From Coriobacteriia bacterium (lineage in GTDB: Bacteria; Actinomycetota; Coriobacteriia; Anaerosomatales; PALSA-660): a stretch of 64,000 nt of DNA. The DNA is taken from positions 6,189-70,188 of the forward strand of contig DATCIG010000008.1 of the NCBI GenBank assembly GCA_036507895.1, given 5' to 3'. This document shows, in pieces, positions 9,115 to 17,891 of this stretch. The notes under the pieces are model-generated. The model saw only the letters and a list, made by a program, of their open reading frames with translations. It had not been told where the DNA came from and ran no database searches. Each line of letters begins with the position of its first letter. Position 1 is the first letter of the stretch. A program made the position numbers and the translations under genes.

Positions 9115-10506
9115 ATGGTTGCCATGTCGTTCGACGTGCTCGGCATCATCGCGCCGCATCCCCCGATCATGGTCGAAGCGGTCGGTGGCAGCGACGCCGC
9201 GGCGACGGAACGCTCAGCCTCCGCGATGCGCTCACTTCACGACCTGCTCGTGCGCTTCGCTCCCGAGACTGTCGTGATCGTCTCTCCTCATGCGCCCGGA
9301 TTCGCGGACACGTTCACGGTGAGTACCGCGGATCGTCTCAAGGGGGATCTGGGACGCTTCGGAGCGCGACAAGCCTCACTGACTTCAGCAGGTGACCCCG
9401 ACCTGGCTTCCGCCATCCTCGAGGAAGCGGAAGCGACCGGCTTGGCGACCGTCGCCCGTGAACAGTACCCGCACCTCGATCAGTCTCTCGACCACGGCGT
9501 CCTGGTTCCCATGAGCTTTCTCGATCCGAACGGGGAATTCCCCCTGGTGGTCGTCTCGTTCACGTTCCTGAGTGCGGAAGACCACATCGAGTTCGGCCGA
9601 TGCATCCGGCGCGCTGCGAGCCGCGTGGGCCGTCGGATCGCGATGGTGGCGAGCGGCGACTGCAGCCACCGCCTGACTCCCGATGCGCCGGCCGGCTTCG
9701 CCCCCAGGGGCCGCATATTCGACGAGCAACTCATCGACTTGCTGTCGCACTCGGACTGGGCGGGCGTCGCTGCGATCGATGAGGGCCTTCGAGACGAAGC
9801 GGGGGAGTGCGGCTGGCGCTCGTTTCTGATCCTCTCGGGATTCCTCGAGGACACCCCCGCGATCGTTCGCGTACTCGCCTACGAGGGTCCGTGGGGGGTC
9901 GGCTATCTCACCGCAGCCGCAGCGCCGCCCGATGAGCTCGCAGGTCTGCCCGCGTTCACGCCTGCCCGAGGGGAGAAGAACGGCCAAAAAGGCCGCGACA
10001 AGACTGCGCCCGTGCGTCTCGCGCGAACGACCATCGAGTCGTACGTGCGCAACGGGACATTCCCGTCACCCGATCTGTCCGACGACCCTGGACTTCCTCG
10101 GATGGCAGGCGCCTTCGTCTCGCTGCACTCGAGAGGCGACCTGCGCGGCTGCATCGGCACCATCGCGCCCACCAAAGCGACACTCGCTGAGGAGATCGCG
10201 GGTAATGCGGTCCAGGCCGCCACAAGCGATCCGCGCTTCCCCGCGCTGCGCTCCGAGGAGCTCGAGGCTCTCGAGATCTCCGTGGATGTGCTCCACGAGC
10301 CCGAACCGGTCGGATCGCTCGACGACCTCGATCCGAAGGTGTTCGGCGTCATCGTGACGGCGGGACGCCGGAGGGGGCTGCTCCTGCCGGACCTCGATGG
10401 CGTCGACACGGCCGAGCAGCAGGTCCGGATCGCCCGGCACAAGGCGGGGATCGCGGACGGTGAGCCGATCTCGCTCGAGCGCTTCAAGGTCGACAGGTAT
10501 GAGTGA
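9115..10506 (+). CDS. Fusion protein: class-III extradiol dioxygenase/Memo-fold (LigB-like) N-domain + AMMECR1 C-domain
   Basis: N-terminal part has the His-containing motifs APHPP, SPHAP, LDHGVLVP and SGDCSHRL. C-terminal part has the AMMECR1 hallmark LRGCIGT and ...GLLLPD.... The gene starts 30 nt after the miaB stop, and its stop overlaps the miaA start. Confidence 0.7.
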   Translation: MVAMSFDVLGIIAPHPPIMVEAVGGSDAAATERSASAMRSLHDLLVRFAPETVVIVSPHAPGFADTFTVSTADRLKGDLGRFGARQASLTSAGDPDLASAILEEAEATGLATVAREQYPHLDQSLDHGVLVPMSFLDPNGEFPLVVVSFTFLSAEDHIEFGRCIRRAASRVGRRIAMVASGDCSHRLTPDAPAGFAPRGRIFDEQLIDLLSHSDWAGVAAIDEGLRDEAGECGWRSFLILSGFLEDTPAIVRVLAYEGPWGVGYLTAAAAPPDELAGLPAFTPARGEKNGQKGRDKTAPVRLARTTIESYVRNGTFPSPDLSDDPGLPRMAGAFVSLHSRGDLRGCIGTIAPTKATLAEEIAGNAVQAATSDPRFPALRSEELEALEISVDVLHEPEPVGSLDDLDPKVFGVIVTAGRRRGLLLPDLDGVDTAEQQVRIARHKAGIADGEPISLERFKVDRYE

Positions 10507-11461
10507 AACGAGCGCGTCGGCAGACGCGCCTGCTCGGATCGTCGCGGTCGTCGGTCCGACGGCCGTCGGCAAGTCGGCCGTCGCCGAGAAGATCGCTGGA
10601 AGCTTCGGCGGGGAGATCGTCTCCGCCGACTCGATGCAGGTCTACCGGGGGATGGACATCGGCACCGCCAAGCAGCCGGCCGCTTCACGCACGGTGCCGT
10701 ATCACTGCATCGACCTCGTCGAACCGGGACAGCCGTACTCGGCGGCCCTGTACCAGCGCGATGCGCGCGATGCGATCGCACAGGTCCGTGCCCGCGGCTC
10801 GCTCCCCGTCGTCGTGGGCGGAACAGGACTCTACGTCCGCGCCGCGCTCGACGAGATGGACTTCCCGCCAGGTGAACTCGAATCGGACACCCGGGAACGC
10901 CTCGAGGCCCTCGGGGCAGAGCTCGGCCCCGAAGGGCTGCATCGCCACTTGGCCGAGCGCGACCCCGCGTCCGCCGCACTGATCCACGCGCAGAACATGC
11001 GCCGCGTCATCCGGGCCCTTGAGATGCTCGAACATGACGGGCCCTCGTACTCGGAGCAGGCGGCCCGTTTCGCCGAGAGGCGGGCCGCGCTGCCCGCGAC
11101 CTACATCGGACTCGTCATGGAGCGCTCCGCTCTCTATGCGCGCATCGACGCCAGAGTCGACCGCATGATCGATTCCGGTCTCCTCGGCGAGGTGGAGCGT
11201 CTGATGGAAGCGGGGTACCGCGACGCACTCACGGCCGCTCAGGCGATCGGCTACAAGGAGCTGGTCCCGGTCCTCGAGGGAGATACGGGACTGGATGAAG
11301 CCATCGATGCGATCAAGCGTGCGAGCCGTCGCTACGCCAAGCGCCAGTTGACGTGGTTCCGTGCGGATCCCCGCGTGGCGTGGATCGATGTCACGGAGCT
11401 GTCGCACGACGGTGCGGTCGCTGCAGCTCACGCGCTGCTAGAATCGGGTCAACGCCCGTAG
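10499..11461 (+). CDS. miaA: tRNA dimethylallyltransferase MiaA
   Basis: P-loop GPTAVGKS, SADSMQVYRGMDIGTAK, and typical C-terminal RYAKRQLTWFR. Start at ATG 10499. Confidence 0.9.
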   Translation: MSETSASADAPARIVAVVGPTAVGKSAVAEKIAGSFGGEIVSADSMQVYRGMDIGTAKQPAASRTVPYHCIDLVEPGQPYSAALYQRDARDAIAQVRARGSLPVVVGGTGLYVRAALDEMDFPPGELESDTRERLEALGAELGPEGLHRHLAERDPASAALIHAQNMRRVIRALEMLEHDGPSYSEQAARFAERRAALPATYIGLVMERSALYARIDARVDRMIDSGLLGEVERLMEAGYRDALTAAQAIGYKELVPVLEGDTGLDEAIDAIKRASRRYAKRQLTWFRADPRVAWIDVTELSHDGAVAAAHALLESGQRP

Positions 11462-11482
11462 ACGCGCGACCGGAGACACAAC

Positions 11483-12340
11483 ATGGATCTCACCTTCACC
11501 AAGATGCACGGCTGCGGGAACGACTTCATAGTGGTCGACGATCGTGCACGCGAATGGGACCTCGACGAGACCGCTGTCGAGATGCTGTGTGACCGCCACT
11601 TCGGCATCGGGGCCGACGGGATGATCCTGGTCAGGCCGGCCACCGACCCGGCTGCCGACTTCTACATGCATTACATCAACGCGGACGGATCGCTCGCGGA
11701 GATGTGCGGCAACGGGATACGCGTCTTCGCGAAGTACCTGGTCGACCGCGGCTTCGTCACGAGCGGCCGGCTGGTCGTCCAGACGCTCGGCGGCCTCAAG
11801 CCCATCGAGATCGTGCCCGATCAGGGCGGTGCCTTCGCGCTGGCCCGCGTGGACATGGGCGAACCCGTGTTGGAAGCGGCAGGGGTCCCCACGACGCTGG
11901 CGAACGGCCGCGTCATCGAGGCACCGCTCGTGACCGAGGCCGGGACCGTAGCGGTGACGTGCGTGTCGATGGGAAACCCCCACGCCATCATCTGGGTCGA
12001 CGACGTCGAGAACGCCCCGGTCGACACGATCGGCCCGGAGGTGGAGGTCCACGCGGCGTTCCCCCGGCACACGAACGTCGAGTTCGCCCAGCTGATCGGG
12101 CCGTCCCACATCCGGCTTCGGGTATGGGAGCGCGGCGTGGGGGAGACCCTCGCATGCGGGACAGGTGCGTGCGCGACACTGGTCGCGGCGGTCCTCACCG
12201 ACCGCTGCGGGCGCAGCGCGATCGTGGACCTGCCCGGTGGCGAGCTCCGGATCGAATGGCCACAGGGCGGACATGTCTACATGACCGGGCCCGCAGAACA
12301 GGTCTACGAGGGTGTGTATCCCATCCCGGACCGGGATTAG
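11483..12340 (+). CDS. dapF: Diaminopimelate epimerase
   Basis: HGCGNDFIVVD, active-site motifs CGNGIR and CGTGACA, SMGNPHAI. Confidence 0.9.
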   Translation: MDLTFTKMHGCGNDFIVVDDRAREWDLDETAVEMLCDRHFGIGADGMILVRPATDPAADFYMHYINADGSLAEMCGNGIRVFAKYLVDRGFVTSGRLVVQTLGGLKPIEIVPDQGGAFALARVDMGEPVLEAAGVPTTLANGRVIEAPLVTEAGTVAVTCVSMGNPHAIIWVDDVENAPVDTIGPEVEVHAAFPRHTNVEFAQLIGPSHIRLRVWERGVGETLACGTGACATLVAAVLTDRCGRSAIVDLPGGELRIEWPQGGHVYMTGPAEQVYEGVYPIPDRD

Positions 12341-12457
12341 AACGCGTTTCCGTCCCTCGCGCGCCGATCGCGCACCGGGACGGGTGTTACCATGTGCCAC
12401 ACCTCCGGGCCTCTTGCAGGCCTTCAGTGACCGCCACGGACGAAGGGACCCGCCGTC

Positions 12458-13615
12458 GTGAGGACCGCGAACCGCATCGCGAATCTGCCCCCGTACCTGT
12501 TCGCCGAGATCGACCGTAAGGTCGCGCTCAAGAAGGCCGAGGGTATCGACGTCATCTCGCTCGGCATCGGCGACCCCGACCGTCCGACGCCCGAACGTAT
12601 CGTCGAGGCGATGGCGCGCGCGATCCGCGTCCCCAAGAACCATCGGTATCCCAGCTACGTCGGCGCGCCCACGTATCGCCAGGCCTGCTCCGATTGGATG
12701 AAGCGCCGGTTCGACGTGGATGTCGACTCGAACACCGAGACCCTGGCGCTCATCGGGAGCAAAGAGGGCATCGCCCACCTGTTCCTCGCGTTCGTCGATC
12801 CTGGTGATGTCACGCTGGTGCCGGGCTGCGGCTACCCCGTCTACCACACCGGCGGTATCCTCGCCGGCGGCGAGACGTACTGGATGCCGATGAACGAGGA
12901 GAACGGCTTCCTCGCCGACTTCGAGTCCACGCCCAAGGACATCCTGGCACGCGCCAAGATGATGTTCCTCAGCTACCCGAACAACCCGACCTCGGCCATC
13001 GCGACCGAGGAGTACTTCGACCGCGCGATCGCGTTCGCCCGCGAGAACGACATCCTGCTCATCCACGACAACGCCTACTCGGAGATCGGTTACGACGGCT
13101 ACCGCGCGCCGAGCCTGCTTTCGCGCCCGGGCGCCAAGGACGTGGCCATCGAGCTGTTCTCGACGAGCAAGGCCTACAACATGACCGGCTGGCGTGTCGC
13201 GTTCGCCTGCGGCAACGCACAGGCGATCAAGGCGCTCGGCACGGTCAAGAGCAACATCGACTCCGGTGTGTTCACGGCGGTGCAGGACGCTGCCATCGAG
13301 GCCTTCTCCGGCCCGCAGGACGAGATCGACGCACTGTGCGCCATGTACCAGAAGCGTCGCGACCTCGTGATGGGCGCCCTCGGCCGGATCGGTATCGAAG
13401 CGGCGGTCCCGAAGGCGACCATCTACGTATGGGCGAAGGTTCCCACCGGCTTCACGTCTGTGGAGTTCGCGACGCACATCCTCGAGAAGGCCAACGTCGT
13501 CGTTCCGGCCGGGTCGGCGTACGGTCCCGACGGCGAAGGCTTCATCCGGATCTCTCTGACGACGCCGGACGATCTGCTCTCGGAGGCCATCGACCGCATC
13601 CAAGCTTCGCTGTAG
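12458..13615 (+). CDS. dapL: LL-diaminopimelate aminotransferase (class I/II PLP aminotransferase, DapL-like)
   Basis: N-terminus ...IANLPPYLFAEIDRKV...GIGDPD... and PLP-lysine region STSKAYNMTGWR. Adjacent to dapF. GTG start. Confidence 0.75.
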   Translation: MRTANRIANLPPYLFAEIDRKVALKKAEGIDVISLGIGDPDRPTPERIVEAMARAIRVPKNHRYPSYVGAPTYRQACSDWMKRRFDVDVDSNTETLALIGSKEGIAHLFLAFVDPGDVTLVPGCGYPVYHTGGILAGGETYWMPMNEENGFLADFESTPKDILARAKMMFLSYPNNPTSAIATEEYFDRAIAFARENDILLIHDNAYSEIGYDGYRAPSLLSRPGAKDVAIELFSTSKAYNMTGWRVAFACGNAQAIKALGTVKSNIDSGVFTAVQDAAIEAFSGPQDEIDALCAMYQKRRDLVMGALGRIGIEAAVPKATIYVWAKVPTGFTSVEFATHILEKANVVVPAGSAYGPDGEGFIRISLTTPDDLLSEAIDRIQASL

Positions 13616-13635
13616 GGGAGAGCGCACCCGCATCC

Positions 13636-14940
13636 ATGTCGAACCCCGACCGGTTCCCGCTGCACACAGTCACCGAGCACTTCGTCGATCGCGCCGTGCT
13701 TGTCGGCATCGATCGCGGCCGGGGCTCCAAAGGGTGGAGCATGGAGGAGTCGCTGGCTGAGTTGGAACGCCTGGCAGAGACGGCAGGCGCCGAGGTCGTG
13801 GGCCGACTCACCCAGAAGATGGGTGCCCCCGACTCCCGGACGTTCATCGGCAAGGGCAAGCTCGAAGAGGTGGCCGCTGCCGTAAAGGAGCTGGACGCGA
13901 CCCTCGTCATCTTCGACGACGACCTCTCGCCGTCTCAGCAGGCCAACATCGAGAACTCTGTGCCGGAGACCAAGATCGCCGACAGAACGGCGCTCATCCT
14001 GGACATCTTCGCGCTGCATGCGACCTCTCGGGAGGGCAAGCTCCAAGTCGAGCTGGCCCAGATGGAGTACCTGCTGCCGCGGCTGCGCGGCCTGTGGCGC
14101 CATCTCGACAAGTACGCGGGCGGCGGCGTCATGACACGAGGGCCGGGCGAGTCGCAACTCGAGACCGACCGGCGCCTTGCGCGTCTGCGGATCTCCGATC
14201 TCAAACGCGATCTGAAGCACGTCGCGGGAGAGCGTCAACTCCAGCGCAAGAGTCGCGCGCGCAGTGGGATCTTCCGGGTCGCGCTCGTCGGATACACGAA
14301 CGCCGGGAAGTCGACGATCCTCAACGCGCTGACCGACGCCGGCGTCTATGTTGCCGACAAGCTCTTCGCAACGCTGGATGCCACCACGCGCACGCTGGAA
14401 CTACCCGAAGGTCGTTCGGTCACGGTGACGGACACCGTCGGGTTCATACACAAGCTGCCGCACTCTTTGGTCGAGGCGTTCAAATCGACGCTCGATGAGG
14501 TGCGCGAGGCAGACCTCCTCGTGCACGTGGTCGACGGAGCTCACCCGCAGGCGTTCGACCAGATACAGGCGGTCATCGAGGTCCTCGGCGAGATCGAGGC
14601 CCACGGGTCATCACTCGTGGTTTTCAACAAGGCGGATGCCATGGACGCCGACACCCGCGCGGCACTTCTGGCCCGCTATCCTCACGCCGTCGTCTGCTCC
14701 GCCCTCACCGGCGAGGGACTCGACGGTCTGCGTGAGAAGGTGGCGGCCGAGGCGGCCAGGCAGGCCATCACGCTTACCATCCTCGTTCCCTACGACCGGG
14801 GGGACATCGTCGCGCTCGCGCATGAGCATGCGCAGGTCGTCACAGAAGAGCACTGCGAAGAAGGTACCCGGCTGGTCGTGAGAGCGGGCCCGCAGGCCGC
14901 CGGACGACTCGAACCGTTCGCGGAGCATCGTCGGCCCTAG
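13636..14940 (+). CDS. hflX: GTPase HflX
   Basis: HflX N-domain (...[10 protein letters not shown]...ILDIFALHA...), G motifs [18 protein letters not shown]. Start at ATG 13636. Confidence 0.9.
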   Translation: MSNPDRFPLHTVTEHFVDRAVLVGIDRGRGSKGWSMEESLAELERLAETAGAEVVGRLTQKMGAPDSRTFIGKGKLEEVAAAVKELDATLVIFDDDLSPSQQANIENSVPETKIADRTALILDIFALHATSREGKLQVELAQMEYLLPRLRGLWRHLDKYAGGGVMTRGPGESQLETDRRLARLRISDLKRDLKHVAGERQLQRKSRARSGIFRVALVGYTNAGKSTILNALTDAGVYVADKLFATLDATTRTLELPEGRSVTVTDTVGFIHKLPHSLVEAFKSTLDEVREADLLVHVVDGAHPQAFDQIQAVIEVLGEIEAHGSSLVVFNKADAMDADTRAALLARYPHAVVCSALTGEGLDGLREKVAAEAARQAITLTILVPYDRGDIVALAHEHAQVVTEEHCEEGTRLVVRAGPQAAGRLEPFAEHRRP

Positions 14941-15569
14941 ATGCGCCGGAACATCGCCACGACTTTACCGAGGATGGTGACGTCCCGGGCGTAGATCGGC
15001 TCCATGGACGAGTTCTCCGGCTGGAGCCGCACGCGATCGGCCTCACGGAAGAACCTCTTCACGGTCGCCTCGTCCTCGATCTGCGCGACCACGATCTCAC
15101 CGTTGTGCGCCGTCGGCTGCGAGCGGACGACCACATAGTCGCCGTCGAGGATACCGGCCTCGACCATCGAGTCACCTTTCACCTTGAGCACGAATGTCGC
15201 ATCGTCGCGCACCAGTTCGGTCGGCAGGGGCATCGTCGACTCGATGTTCTCCGTCGCCAGCATCGGGATCCCGGCAGCCACCGAGCCGACCACCGGCAGA
15301 TACACGATGTTCGACACGGCGGAGTGGGATGGGACCGCGGGCGCGTCGCGCTCCAGCACCTCGAGAGCGCGCGGCTTGCTGGGGTCACGTCGAATCAGGC
15401 CCTTGGCCTCGAGTGCGCCGAGATGCGCGTGGACCGTCGATGACGAGTGCAGGCCAACAGCCTGCCCGATGTCGCGCACGGTGGGGGGGAACCCCTTCAG
15501 GGCGACCTCCGCCTTGATGAAGTCGAGCACCTGTCGCTGGCGGTCGGTCAATTCACGATCGCGCGCCAT
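14937..15569 (-). CDS. lexA: SOS repressor LexA
   Basis: wHTH N-domain ([12 protein letters not shown]...PTVRDIG) and S24 peptidase core ([13 protein letters not shown]...ATVKRF). Start refined to ATG 15569. The stop overlaps the hflX stop through a shared CTAG. Confidence 0.95.
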   Translation of the reverse strand: MARDRELTDRQRQVLDFIKAEVALKGFPPTVRDIGQAVGLHSSSTVHAHLGALEAKGLIRRDPSKPRALEVLERDAPAVPSHSAVSNIVYLPVVGSVAAGIPMLATENIESTMPLPTELVRDDATFVLKVKGDSMVEAGILDGDYVVVRSQPTAHNGEIVVAQIEDEATVKRFFREADRVRLQPENSSMEPIYARDVTILGKVVAMFRRI

Positions 15570-15634
15570 GCTCGCGCTCCCTTCATCGAACGTGCGTTCC
15601 TTGAGGCGAGTGTATCGCGCTGTGCCGGCAGGTG

Positions 15635-15705
15635 CAAACACGTGTTCGATTATCGCTTGCACTACGAACACCTGTTCGCTATAGTTCTATACGAACACGT
15701 GTTCG
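15635..15705. promoter_or_regulatory. Three SOS (LexA) boxes in the lexA / LysM-gene divergent region: CAAACACGTGTTCG (15635-15648), CGAACACCTGTTCG (15665-15678), CGAACACGTGTTCG (15692-15705)
   Basis: These match GAAC-N4-GTTC; box 3 is identical to the recA box. Box 2 sits in the spacer of the + strand promoter candidate TTGCAC(15657-15662)-N17-TATAGT(15680-15685). Box 1 sits just downstream of a minus-strand GATAAT (15649-15654). Confidence 0.8.
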
Positions 15706-15797
15706 TTCACGCGCGTCACCGATGTCAGAGCCGCGGTCCATCATCGGCTTGCACGACAGTCGACCGAGCGTCAGGTACAAACGAAAGGCGATCAACC

Positions 15798-16229
15798 ATG
15801 GCAACCACCACAGCACATCTGGCGCACACCGCACGCATCGTGCACTCGAGCGCCGCGCGCACCGGACAGCGGCGGATGGTTCGTCGCCCGATCGTCGATC
15901 TCGCGCCGTGGATGGCCCCGTTCGCCTGGATGACGGTCCTTGCTATCACCGTATGCGTGCTCGGAGCCGGTGCGATGCTCCGGGACGGCGTTCCATCGAT
16001 CGCGCCCGCCACCATCGCGGTCCGGGTCGCCCCCTCCGACACCCTCTGGTCGATCGCTGAGGCCAACCGCCTTCCCGGCGCCTCGACCGCTGCCACCGTC
16101 GAGACGATCGCCCGCATCAACGACCTGAGTGACACCGGCATCGCCGCGGGGACGGTGCTTCAGGTCCCGACCATCGAGGTGTCGGACGCCGCCTTAGCAC
16201 AGGCCGAGAGTGATGTCGTCACGCGGTAG
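15798..16229 (+). CDS. Small membrane-anchored LysM-domain protein, candidate SOS-induced cell-division inhibitor (YneA/ChiZ-like)
   Basis: 143 aa. Arg-rich N-terminus, one TM helix (WMTVLAITVCVLGAGAML), C-terminal LysM (DTLWSIAEANRLPG...IARINDLSD...GTVLQVP). Divergent from lexA and behind the SOS boxes. Start at ATG 15798. Confidence 0.7.
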   Translation: MATTTAHLAHTARIVHSSAARTGQRRMVRRPIVDLAPWMAPFAWMTVLAITVCVLGAGAMLRDGVPSIAPATIAVRVAPSDTLWSIAEANRLPGASTAATVETIARINDLSDTGIAAGTVLQVPTIEVSDAALAQAESDVVTR

Positions 16230-16280
16230 CCGGCGGACGTTCGCCTGAAGGCGACACAGGGCTGAGCGCGAAGAGTCGCA

Positions 16281-16371
16281 ACCCCATAGATTGTACGAAT
16301 CTGGGTACGTTTCCATATTGTGACCCCATATGTTGTGTGTTAGCGTAAGTCGGTGACCAACATATAGGGGT
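16281..16371 (+). promoter_or_regulatory. Cluster of NrdR-box-like AT-rich repeats (ACCCCATAGATTGTAC 16281-16296; TTTCCATATTGTGACC 16310-16325; ACCCCATATGTTGTGT 16323-16338; ACCAACATATAGGGGT 16356-16371), overlapping promoter candidate TTGTAC(16291-16296)-N17-CATATT(16314-16319)
   Basis: The reverse complement of the third box (acacaacatatggggt) matches the published NrdR-box consensus acaCwAtATaTwGtgt at 13/16 positions by hand alignment. The other boxes are weaker. Located immediately upstream of nrdR. Confidence 0.5.
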
Positions 16372-16381
16372 GGGGAGACGT

Positions 16382-16828
16382 ATGAGGTGTCCGTTCTGCG
16401 GTCACGACGAGACGAAGGTCGTCGACTCTCGCGTCTCAGAGTCCCAGGATGCGATCCGCCGGCGGCGCGAATGTCTCGAGTGCGAGCAGCGGTTCACCAC
16501 GTATGAGCGCGTCGAAGAGATGCCGCTCATGGTCACGAAGAAGAACGGGCGCCGCGAGCCGTTCGACCGCAGCAAACTCCTGCGCGGACTCGCAGTCGCG
16601 ACCGTCAAGCGCGATGTCACCTCTCAGCAGCTCGAGTCGCTGATCGATGAGGTCGAGGCGGAACTGCACGACAGCTTCCGCTACGAGATCTCTTCGAAGC
16701 AGCTCGGTGACGTGGTCCTCCAGCGGCTCAAGGCGCTCGACCGCGTCGCATATGTGCGATTCGCGTCGGTCTACAAGGAGTTCAAGGACCTCGATGAGTT
16801 CACTCGGGAACTCAAGGGGCTGAAGTGA
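16382..16828 (+). CDS. nrdR: Transcriptional repressor NrdR
   Basis: MRCPFCG...[12 protein letters not shown] zinc ribbon plus an ATP-cone. ATG 16382 behind GGAG (the ORF track starts at GTG 16370). Confidence 0.95.
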   Translation: MRCPFCGHDETKVVDSRVSESQDAIRRRRECLECEQRFTTYERVEEMPLMVTKKNGRREPFDRSKLLRGLAVATVKRDVTSQQLESLIDEVEAELHDSFRYEISSKQLGDVVLQRLKALDRVAYVRFASVYKEFKDLDEFTRELKGLK

Positions 16829-17262
16829 CCGTGCGCCTGCCCGTGACCCTACTCGACCCCGGCCTCCCGCTCCCGTCCTACGCGCATGAGGGAGACGCGG
16901 GGTTGGATCTGTATTCCTCCATCGATATCACACTCGCCCCGTTCCAGCGTGCCCTCGTGCCGACGGGCATCGCGGTGGCGATCCCCGCGGGACATGCAGG
17001 CTTCGTCCTGCCGCGTAGCGGTCTCGCGGCACGGAGCGGGCTGAGCCTCGTCAATGCTCCGGGTCTGATCGACAGCCGCTACCGGGGCGAGATCAAAGTC
17101 ATCGCGATCAACCTCGATCCCGCCATACCCATCGAGATCCACCGGGGTGACCGGATCGCACAGCTCGTGGTCCAATCCGTTGCCTGCTGCGAGCCGCACG
17201 AGGTCGCGTCTCTCGACGTGACCGTGCGAGGGGAGGGCGGCTTTGGCAGCACGGGTTGCTAG
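16825..17262 (+). CDS. dut: dUTP diphosphatase
   Basis: dUTPase motifs ([43 protein letters not shown]). The start overlaps the nrdR stop. Confidence 0.9.
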   Translation: MTVRLPVTLLDPGLPLPSYAHEGDAGLDLYSSIDITLAPFQRALVPTGIAVAIPAGHAGFVLPRSGLAARSGLSLVNAPGLIDSRYRGEIKVIAINLDPAIPIEIHRGDRIAQLVVQSVACCEPHEVASLDVTVRGEGGFGSTGC

Positions 17263-17743
17263 CCCCCGACTCAGGGTCGCCGCGGTGCTTCCCGTCAAAG
17301 GCGGGATCGTCCTCGTCAGACAGGCCCGCGGCAAGAATATCTACCACCTGCTCCCGGGTGGCGGCGTCGAAGCGGGGGAGGACATCGAAGCCGCTTTGAA
17401 GCGCGAGGTGTTCGAGGAGACCGGTCTGGAGTGCGAACTCGTCGCTCCGCTGTTCATCAGCGACTCCATCGACCCCGACGGCGCGCGCCACATGGTACAG
17501 CTCACCTTCCTCGCCACCGTGACCGGGGGCGAGCTCTCCGTCGATCCGAACGATCGTGCGATCCTCGGCGTCGAGGTGATCGATCCCGCTGCGCTGCCTG
17601 CGATCGACCTTCGCCCGCCGATGGGCGAAGCACTCCGGACGGCCTCACAGCATTCCTTCGATGTCCCGGCCCGCTATCTGGGCGCGCTATGGGTCGATGA
17701 GCACGATGCAGGCAACACCGCAATCCCGCAGGTGACCGACTGA
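17243..17743 (+). CDS. NUDIX hydrolase
   Basis: Nudix box [23 protein letters not shown]. The start is ambiguous: TTG 17243 or GTG 17285. Confidence 0.8.
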   Translation: MAARVASPRLRVAAVLPVKGGIVLVRQARGKNIYHLLPGGGVEAGEDIEAALKREVFEETGLECELVAPLFISDSIDPDGARHMVQLTFLATVTGGELSVDPNDRAILGVEVIDPAALPAIDLRPPMGEALRTASQHSFDVPARYLGALWVDEHDAGNTAIPQVTD

Positions 17744-17756
17744 CGGGGCCGCGAAC

Positions 17757-17786
17757 TCAAGTTTACATAAGACATATCGGGATATT
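17757..17786 (+). promoter_or_regulatory. AT-rich motif copy A: TCAAGT-TTTACATAAGA-CATATCGG-GATATT upstream of the first NCS2 permease. Possible promoter TCAAGT-N18-GATATT with an operator-like core.
   Basis: One of the few AT-rich patches in the window. It shares TCAAGT and an exact 11-mer TTTACATAAGA with an inverted copy at 20903-20930. Confidence 0.4.
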
Positions 17787-17891
17787 CGCCGGTCGGTCCG
17801 GCGGGAGGGAGGAACGGATCTCAGGGGCATGGGCGTGAGCTGGGATGGCTCACGTGTCAGAGATCATCTCGACCGAGGAAGGCTGGTACAA

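Noticed and set aside
11438-13633. 731-aa minus-strand ORF antisense to dapF/dapL. Similar long antisense or alternative-frame ORFs occur at 49852-51588, 17931-19193, 58533-60287, 9903-10979, 44861-46249 and elsewhere.
   Set aside because: These are Arg/Ala/Gly/Pro/His-rich low-complexity translations with no recognisable motifs. They lie opposite, or out of frame with, genes that carry clear family signatures. Long stop-free frames like this are expected in GC-rich DNA.
17744-17891. Possible purine (guanine/adenine) riboswitch ahead of the AzgA-type permease.
   Set aside because: I could not recognise a three-way junction with the conserved loop-loop and junction nucleotides. The region is instead dominated by the AT-rich motif reported in the findings.
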